From assembly GCA_040753615.1 (NCBI GenBank), contig JBFMDO010000014.1:2456-66455 (forward strand): 64,000 nt of DNA, in the 5' to 3' direction. This DNA is from Nitrospirota bacterium. GTDB lineage: Bacteria; Nitrospirota; Thermodesulfovibrionia; Thermodesulfovibrionales; SM23-35. Under the pieces are notes generated by a model. That model was given only the letters and a program-made list of their open reading frames with translations, searched no databases and was not told where the DNA came from. Of this stretch, positions 57,894 to 64,000 are shown piece after piece. Positions within the stretch are counted from its first letter, which is position 1. Each line of letters starts with the position of its first letter. A program made the position numbers and the translations under genes.

Positions 57894-58760
57894 ATGAGCA
57901 GAATAGAAAAGTCTTTACAGAAGGCATTAGAGGTAAGAGAGTCAGTGAAAAATACTATTGACGAAAAGATGGTTATCACAGAAGATCGTCAGGATTTTAC
58001 TCTTCCAAAATTTGAGATAGGAGAGTCAATAATCAAGATAGATACAGTTGATAAGCATATAATCTGCTTAACAGATCCTTTCTCTCCTGCAGCGGAACAA
58101 TATAAAAAATTACATGTTAGAATTTTCAGGTCTACTGTAAAGGATTTTATAAATACAATTATGATTACAAGCCCAGGTGTTGGAGAAGGAAAAACAATAA
58201 CTGCAACAAACCTTGCTGTTTCCATGGCAAATGAAATTGACCATACTGTTCTTCTTGTGGATGCTGACTTAAAACATCCATCTATACATAAATATCTTGG
58301 TATCGAATCGAAATATGGTCTAAGCGATTATTTGATGGGCAAGGTAAAACTTCAAGATATCTTAATAAAGACAGGTGTTGGAAAACTTGTCTTTTTACCA
58401 GCAGGTACATCTGCAGAAAATACGACAGAACTTATGTCTTCACAAAGAATGAAAAGACTTGTGTACGAATTAAAGCATAGGTATAAGGACAGATATATAA
58501 TTTTTGACTCACCACCTCTGCTTGTGACAGCAGATTCCCTTTCAATGTGTAGCTACATGGATGGAATTGTTTTTGTGATACAGGCAAGTAAGACCACACA
58601 AAAGGCTGCACTGCATGCTGTTTCTCTTATAAAAGGACATAACATCCTCGGAGTTGTATTTAATAATGTCCCGAAAGACTTTGCAAAGAATCTTTATCCC
58701 TATTATTATGAGAGTGAGAAATATTACAAAAGGGCTAAAAATAACAAAGAAACGGAATAA
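57894..58760 (+). CDS. Exopolysaccharide tyrosine autokinase (BY-kinase catalytic subunit)
   Basis: 288 aa with Walker A GVGEGKT, A' VLLVDADLKHP and B IIFDSPP, plus the C-terminal Tyr cluster YPYYYESEKYY. Confidence 0.85.
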   Translation: MSRIEKSLQKALEVRESVKNTIDEKMVITEDRQDFTLPKFEIGESIIKIDTVDKHIICLTDPFSPAAEQYKKLHVRIFRSTVKDFINTIMITSPGVGEGKTITATNLAVSMANEIDHTVLLVDADLKHPSIHKYLGIESKYGLSDYLMGKVKLQDILIKTGVGKLVFLPAGTSAENTTELMSSQRMKRLVYELKHRYKDRYIIFDSPPLLVTADSLSMCSYMDGIVFVIQASKTTQKAALHAVSLIKGHNILGVVFNNVPKDFAKNLYPYYYESEKYYKRAKNNKETE

Positions 58761-58765
58761 AGAAA

Positions 58766-60781
58766 GTGTCTGAGATTATTGATTTTGAGAATTTTCTTTC
58801 ATTAGTTACCTATTTATCAGACCTGACAGGTCTTTCTCTTTCTGTATATGGAGATAAAGGAAATATCATTCAACCCGCTACTATAGATGATAAGTTCCTG
58901 TCATATATAAAAACATCTCCAATGGGGAGAGACGAATATAATGATTTTTTGAAGAGATGTATAGGGAAGGCAATACAGAGAAAACGCCCTTCGATCTTCA
59001 AGGGGCCTGCAGGGCAGCAGCATTTTTTTATTCCTGTAACCATTAATGATTTAACATTTGTTATATCGGGTGGCGTATATTTCTCTTCAGAGGAGTTCAA
59101 GGATTTTTATATAAAAGAAGGACCATCTTATGGCTTATCTCCAAAACAAATTGACCTCTGGCGTGATAAGATTGCCATCAGGGATTACACGAATATTATG
59201 GAAACTTCTACTCATATTGGATCCCTGATTAATCTTTTTCTCAAAGAAAATTATGAAGGCAATTTAAATAAAAAAAGATACAGATTAACAAAGACCATAT
59301 TAAGTCTTCTGTCTAATATAAAATTAGATAATCAATTCGAGGCTGTTAGTGATATGCTGGTGGACATATTACTCTTTTTATTTAATGTAGATAGTGTATC
59401 TGTCATGGTGAAAGATAATGATATATTCAGACCTAAAAAGATAGCAGGGAGGTTGAGAGAAAATCTTAAGTCATTATCACTAACGACAACTGGCATCATA
59501 TCCGAGGTTATCGAGAAACAACGCCCTCTATATTCTGACAATACGATGGAAATATTACGATTGGGCTTGCCTGATATGATTCTATCTATCTATATATTTC
59601 CTATAATAGCAGAAGACAAAGTAACAGGGCTTGTATGCATTTTTAACCCTGCTATATCTCGAGAAGATGTTGATATCATCTCAGAGTTGTGCAATGTTGG
59701 AGGGTTTATTTTTAGACTCTCAAGACTGCAGAATCTCTACGGGAAGCGCCTGAAGGACATGGATATATTAAATATAGTTAGTACAAGTCTTTGCGAAGTA
59801 AAGGAACCAGAGATACTTTATGAGACTATAGTGGATAAATCAGTTGAGTTAACATATGCAGAAAGGGGTTCATTAATGCTTATGGATACTGAAACTCCTT
59901 ATCTTACTATAAAGGCTGCAAAAGGTGTAAACAAACTGCTCCTGAATGAGATAAAGATCAAGGCAGGTGAAGGAATTGCAGGCAGGGTATTTAAAGAAGG
60001 CATCCCTCTTTTGGTGCATGATATTGAAACTAACGAAAGGATTCCTTTCAAAAAGAAACCAAGCTACAAAACAGGCTCTTTTGTAAGCATTCCTATCAAA
60101 ATAGGAGAAAGAACTATAGGAGTTCTTAATATCTCTGATAAGATAACAGGAGAGGTATTTTCAGAATCAGATATGGCATTGCTTCGGTCTTTTGCATCCT
60201 ATGCATCTATCGCACTCGAAAGGTCAATGTGTTATAGCCTTGCAGGACATCTAAGAGAACTATCCATTACAGACTCTCTGACAAGCCTTTTTAACAGACG
60301 GTACTTTGAGGAAAGATTTTTTGAAGAGCTCCAGCGTTCAGAACGCCACGGCTTATCATTTTCATTGGCAATGGTAGATATAGATGATTTCAAGCTCTTT
60401 AATGACACAGAAGGGCATCTCGCGGGTGATGAGGTATTGAAGCACATTGCTAATATTATAAAAGAGAGTTTGCGTGTGGTTGATGTAGTAACAAGGTTCG
60501 GAGGCGAAGAATTTGTGATTATCATGCCACAGACAGATAAGCAAGAGGCATTTATGGTTGCCGAAAGGGTAAGGGAATCTGCAAAAACACAGATACCGCA
60601 TTTCTGGAAGACCTTCCCTAAAGAAAATATAACTATAACAGTAGGCGTATCAACTTTTCCATCCGATGGAAAGGAAATGAAGGAATTAATAAGAAATGCT
60701 GACAAAGCCCTTTACAGAGGGAAGATGGCAGGCAAAGACAGGGTATTTTTATATAATATACCAGAAGTTAATATCATATAA
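58766..60781 (+). CDS. Diguanylate cyclase with N-terminal PocR-like sensor and GAF domains
   Basis: 671 aa. The GGDEF domain has an intact GGEEF active site and an RxxD I-site (RVVD) five residues upstream. It is preceded by two GAF-like regions. The PocR assignment of the first 170 aa or so is tentative. Confidence 0.85.
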   Translation: MSEIIDFENFLSLVTYLSDLTGLSLSVYGDKGNIIQPATIDDKFLSYIKTSPMGRDEYNDFLKRCIGKAIQRKRPSIFKGPAGQQHFFIPVTINDLTFVISGGVYFSSEEFKDFYIKEGPSYGLSPKQIDLWRDKIAIRDYTNIMETSTHIGSLINLFLKENYEGNLNKKRYRLTKTILSLLSNIKLDNQFEAVSDMLVDILLFLFNVDSVSVMVKDNDIFRPKKIAGRLRENLKSLSLTTTGIISEVIEKQRPLYSDNTMEILRLGLPDMILSIYIFPIIAEDKVTGLVCIFNPAISREDVDIISELCNVGGFIFRLSRLQNLYGKRLKDMDILNIVSTSLCEVKEPEILYETIVDKSVELTYAERGSLMLMDTETPYLTIKAAKGVNKLLLNEIKIKAGEGIAGRVFKEGIPLLVHDIETNERIPFKKKPSYKTGSFVSIPIKIGERTIGVLNISDKITGEVFSESDMALLRSFASYASIALERSMCYSLAGHLRELSITDSLTSLFNRRYFEERFFEELQRSERHGLSFSLAMVDIDDFKLFNDTEGHLAGDEVLKHIANIIKESLRVVDVVTRFGGEEFVIIMPQTDKQEAFMVAERVRESAKTQIPHFWKTFPKENITITVGVSTFPSDGKEMKELIRNADKALYRGKMAGKDRVFLYNIPEVNII

Positions 60782-60783
60782 TT

Positions 60784-61665
60784 ATGCACATATCATTTTT
60801 TGGCCTTAAAACCAAACCATTTGAGTTAACCCCTGACCCGGAATTTCTGTTTATGAGCAGGATTCATAAGAAGGCATTAACCTATCTCAATTATGGAATA
60901 ACAGAAAATTCTGGGTTTATCCTGTTAACTGGTGAGGTAGGAACAGGGAAGACAACGCTTATACGGAGTGTTATGAAAAATGTAAAGGAAGATATCAAGC
61001 TTGCCCGGATTAACAATACACGGCTTACACCGGAACAGCTTATTTATATGATTAACGAAGAGTTTGGCATTGAGGCAAAAAATACGGATAAGGCGATAAT
61101 GTTAAGAGAGCTTACAGACTTTCTTATTGAGCAATATGCAAAATGTAACAGGTCTGTGCTTATTATAGATGAGGCACAGGATTTAACACCTTCCCTTCTT
61201 GAAGAAATAAGGCTTCTTTCAAATCTCGAAACAGATAAGTCAAAATTACTTCAGGTGATACTCGTTGGTCAGCCCGAGATCAGAAAAGTCCTTGCACAGC
61301 CAGACCTAAGGGCGCTTAAACAAAGAATAAATATAAGCTGTCACATTTATCCACTCACACGCGAAGAGACCGAAGAATATATATTCTACAGGCTTGAAAT
61401 CGCAGGAAATAGAAATGCGCTTAATTTTCAGAAAGGAAGTATTGACTTAATTTATGATTTTTCCAGAGGTATCCCAAGACTAATAAATATAATCTGTGAT
61501 TTTGTCCTGCTCTCTGCATTTTTTGAGACGACAAGAGAGATATCGCTTGATATGGTCAAACAAATAATTAATGATCTCGAAAAAGAAAATATATACTGGC
61601 AGGATGCAACAACTGAAAAATATTCAGGTGATATAAAGTTCTTAAAAAGATTTCAGAAATACTAA
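60784..61665 (+). CDS. ExeA-like AAA ATPase (PEP-CTERM locus secretion ATPase type)
   Basis: 293 aa with Walker A GEVGTGKTT, Walker B LIIDEAQ and the ExeA-family pattern LLSNLETDKSKLLQVILVGQPE. Confidence 0.85.
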   Translation: MHISFFGLKTKPFELTPDPEFLFMSRIHKKALTYLNYGITENSGFILLTGEVGTGKTTLIRSVMKNVKEDIKLARINNTRLTPEQLIYMINEEFGIEAKNTDKAIMLRELTDFLIEQYAKCNRSVLIIDEAQDLTPSLLEEIRLLSNLETDKSKLLQVILVGQPEIRKVLAQPDLRALKQRINISCHIYPLTREETEEYIFYRLEIAGNRNALNFQKGSIDLIYDFSRGIPRLINIICDFVLLSAFFETTREISLDMVKQIINDLEKENIYWQDATTEKYSGDIKFLKRFQKY

Positions 61666-61675
61666 TATCCCAGAG

Positions 61676-61795
61676 AAATCCCCCTTCATCCCCCTTTTCC
61701 AAATCCCGAAGGCTTTCGGAACTCTTTAGCAAAGAGGGATACACACCCCTACACCCCTCTTAATAGAGGGGATAGGGGAGATTTTATAAATAAGT
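61676..61795 (+). repeat. 120-bp composite hairpin repeat, copy B (right flank of the EPS export block)
   Basis: A direct repeat of 54281-54400 offset by 7395 bp. It starts 11 nt after the ATPase stop codon. Confidence 0.9.
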
Positions 61796-61838
61796 CCATG
61801 ATGTCCTGAAGATGTGAGTTAATAAGGAATAGATTTTT

Positions 61839-62000
61839 ATGGTTTTTTGTAAGGGTCTAAAGAACTGGCTTGAGTGTCTTAAATGTCCTTATTTATGCAC
61901 AAAAGAATGCCCCATAGAAAGTGACAATGTGATGGAAGAGATGAAAAGACAACTACATTTGTTGTATGTCTCTGAAAGTGATGATAAGAGAAACTTGTAG
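61839..62000 (+). CDS. Possible small Cys-rich protein (53 aa)
   Basis: MVFCKGLKNWLECLKCPYLCTKECPIESDN... has five Cys, including a CxxCxxxCxxxC run. It falls below the ORF-track cutoff and has a weak SD (AAGGA, 11 nt upstream). Confidence 0.3.
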   Translation: MVFCKGLKNWLECLKCPYLCTKECPIESDNVMEEMKRQLHLLYVSESDDKRNL

Positions 62001-62033
62001 GGCAATCATAATAAACAATAAGGTGGCATTATA

Positions 62034-62225
62034 ATGCTTATCAAAGCATGTTTTGATTGCAAATTTCATGAGTGGAGACAAGAAGAAGATACCCAGATGA
62101 GCTACTGTAAAAAAGAATGCTGCTGGTCCCAATATTCTGATTGTATAACACTGAAGGCTTTAGAGCGGTTTTTAAATGAAGAGTGCGCATCTCCGAACAC
62201 CCAGCTCGCAACCCGTAACCCGTAA
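62034..62225 (+). CDS. Small Cys-rich protein (63 aa)
   Basis: MLIKACFDCKFHEW...YCKKECCWSQYSDC has seven Cys. A good SD (AAGGTGG) lies 8 nt upstream. Confidence 0.45.
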   Translation: MLIKACFDCKFHEWRQEEDTQMSYCKKECCWSQYSDCITLKALERFLNEECASPNTQLATRNP

Positions 62226-62326
62226 CCTATCAACTAATGAACCAATTAACTTAATTAGCCAATACCCCTGACTAATGAATTAATTAAGATTCTGGCAGGA
62301 TTAAAATAAGGTCGCACTTATAAAAA

Positions 62327-63067
62327 ATGGCAATTTTTTGGAAGACACAGTTATCAGGCTTACCACTTTCAAAAAAAGATATACATATTTGGCGAGTTGC
62401 TCTTGATTCACCGGTTATAAGTGTTCAAAAGCTCAAGCAAACGCTCTCTATTGATGAGAGGATAAGGGCTGAACGATTTCATTTTGAAAAAGACAGGACG
62501 TACTTTATCATTCGTCGTGGGATACTAAGAACGCTCTTGGGTTTTTATTTAGGCATTGATTCGAGAAAGCTACAGTTTTGTTATGGAAAATATGGGAAAC
62601 CAGCACTCGCTGATATATCTGGCAAGGGAACGATTTGTTTTAACATATCTCACTCAGGGGGGGTCGCCCTTTATGCTTTTACCCGAGACTGTGAAATAGG
62701 TGTGGATATCGAACGCATTCGCGATATTCCTGAGATGGATCAGGTAGTCGAACATTTCTTTTCTGAAAGAGAAAAATCTGTTTTTCGTTCACTTCCTAAA
62801 AACAGGCAAAAAGAAGCATTTTTTAACTGCTGGACACGCAAAGAAGCCTTTATAAAGGCAATCGGAGATGGTTTGTATCTGCCATTAGACAAGTTTGACG
62901 TATCAGCGACTTCGGATGAACCAGCTAAGTTATTAAAAATAGAGGGAGATTCAAAGGGAGCATCCCAATGGTTTATTCAGGATTTGAAACCTGCTAACAG
63001 ATTTGCATCTGCTATTGCAGTAGAGGGTCGAAACTGGCAACTGCACTGCTGGCAATGGTCGCATTAG
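62327..63067 (+). CDS. 4'-phosphopantetheinyl transferase (Sfp type)
   Basis: 246 aa with GKPAL, FNISHSGG, GVDIE and WTRKEAFIKAIGDG motifs. Confidence 0.85.
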   Translation: MAIFWKTQLSGLPLSKKDIHIWRVALDSPVISVQKLKQTLSIDERIRAERFHFEKDRTYFIIRRGILRTLLGFYLGIDSRKLQFCYGKYGKPALADISGKGTICFNISHSGGVALYAFTRDCEIGVDIERIRDIPEMDQVVEHFFSEREKSVFRSLPKNRQKEAFFNCWTRKEAFIKAIGDGLYLPLDKFDVSATSDEPAKLLKIEGDSKGASQWFIQDLKPANRFASAIAVEGRNWQLHCWQWSH

Positions 63068-63150
63068 ATAAACCAGTTAGATAAATCAGTGGTCAAGTAA
63101 AAAACAAAGTTCTGGGTCTCTGTGGCTATAGTAAATGTCCTTGAAAAGGT

Positions 63151-64000
63151 ATGATTAGAAGGACCTTCTTGAAATACATTGTCTTATTAGGACTTGGTTT
63201 TATGGCTATTTTTTCTATAAAAGCCTCGTTTATAAGACAAAGCATTCACAAAATCAAAGATATATTTAAGTCAGAGGTAGAGCTTTCCTCTGAAGGCGAA
63301 ACTATTTCAGTTGAGATGGTGTTGAATTCAAGGTGTACAAGTGACTACGATGAAAATCCTAAAAAGTTCCATTGGGGCATGTTTGATAGAACAAAGAAAC
63401 TTTCTAACGAACAAATTAAAAAGATCATTAGACTTGCAAAAATTCCTCGTTTTACCGATAGGAAAGTTGAAATAAAATCTGATCGCAATATGCTGACTTT
63501 TGTGATCGAGAATCGTACTTCAGTCCCCCTGAGAGACTGGATAATGGTTGAAAATGGAATGCAGCAACAGGCAGTGGGATTGGTTTGTGCTGCACTGGGT
63601 GTAGGGATGGTATTCAGTAATCTCGGCAAGGACGGAAATCCCATCTCGGATACGGAGTATGCGACTATAAATATCAAACTGGATCCTATGAAGCCGACTT
63701 ATGACAGAACCTTTTGGACATCTTCTACTCCTTCAGGAGAGAAACATTGGATGAGAGGAAACCTGCCTGACCCTGTAAGAGATGGGAAGAAATCACTGGT
63801 ATCAATGTTGGATACATTGAAGCTTAAAAATAAGGGTTCACAAATAGCAACTATTGAGTCTTTAAGTCAGCTTTTATGGGCGGCAAGGGGCAGAACGCCA
63901 CATTTCTATAAATCAAAACCATGGGGTATGACTATACCCACATGGGCTGGTGAGCAGCATATTTCAAGTATATACCTAATTTCAGATAATAAATTGTCGC
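63151..64000 (+). CDS. Tat-signal nitroreductase/SagB-like family protein (3'-truncated by window end)
   Basis: It is absent from the ORF track because it has no stop in the window. My translation is MIRRTFLKYIVLLGLGFMAI... (RRTFLK is a twin-arginine motif) ...NGMQQQAVGLVCAALGVGMV...IESLSQLLWAARGRTPH. LSQLLWAA is typical of nitroreductase/SagB-type domains. Confidence 0.65.
   Translation, partial: MIRRTFLKYIVLLGLGFMAIFSIKASFIRQSIHKIKDIFKSEVELSSEGETISVEMVLNSRCTSDYDENPKKFHWGMFDRTKKLSNEQIKKIIRLAKIPRFTDRKVEIKSDRNMLTFVIENRTSVPLRDWIMVENGMQQQAVGLVCAALGVGMVFSNLGKDGNPISDTEYATINIKLDPMKPTYDRTFWTSSTPSGEKHWMRGNLPDPVRDGKKSLVSMLDTLKLKNKGSQIATIESLSQLLWAARGRTPHFYKSKPWGMTIPTWAGEQHISSIYLISDNKLS

Noticed and set aside
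63345-63677. A 110-aa ORF (-).
   Set aside because: It is antisense to the much longer open frame starting at 63151 (+), which has a Tat signal and nitroreductase-type motifs.

Overview
This is a 64-kb chromosomal segment from a low-GC, Gram-negative, probably anaerobic bacterium. Supporting genes are lpxC, a Tat-exported periplasmic [NiFe] hydrogenase, a c7-type triheme cytochrome and several sigma-54 activators. A Nitrospirota- or Desulfobacterota-like lineage is only a guess.

Most of the window is housekeeping:
- Cell envelope and metabolism: lpxC, mtnP, yebC, glmU-glmS, ilvE, gmhA, lplA-like ligase, aroE, purC, NAPRTase and a GAPDH-like gene.
- DNA and translation: uvrD/pcrA, gatC, tyrS, rpoD, ruvCAB, ftsY, mutS, rarA and tRNA-Pro.
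- The hydrogenase operon hynAB plus its maturation protease.

Features beyond plain ORFs:
1. A yybP-ykoY-type Mn2+ riboswitch with a terminator lies in front of a SERCA/PMR1-like P-type ATPase. That ATPase also carries an in-frame G/C-rich palindromic repeat.
2. A decayed integron-like platform spans about 21.9-25.2 kb. It has a divergent integrase N-terminal remnant, attC-like hairpins and cassettes with PIN, DUF4258, zinc-finger, DUF2283 and Rhs fragments.
3. Two fluoride (crcB-motif) riboswitches sit in tandem units in front of a cation/H+ antiporter plus usp and an MFS transporter. No crcB or CLC-F gene is present in the window.
4. A MalT-like STAND ATPase is fused to a C-terminal SARP module, next to small secreted proteins. 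One of these has a canonical sigma-54 promoter.
5. A PEP-CTERM-type exopolysaccharide export block (export lipoprotein, chain-length determinant, Tyr kinase, PocR-GAF-GGDEF protein, ExeA-like ATPase) is preceded by a kinase/sigma-54 regulator pair and a NusG paralog. The block is bracketed by two 120-bp direct repeats with about 92% identity.
6. At the right edge are two small Cys-rich ORFs, an Sfp-type PPTase and a Tat-signal nitroreductase-like protein that runs off the window.

Several MITE-like inverted-repeat elements are also present. No CRISPR array, rRNA or intact transposase was seen.
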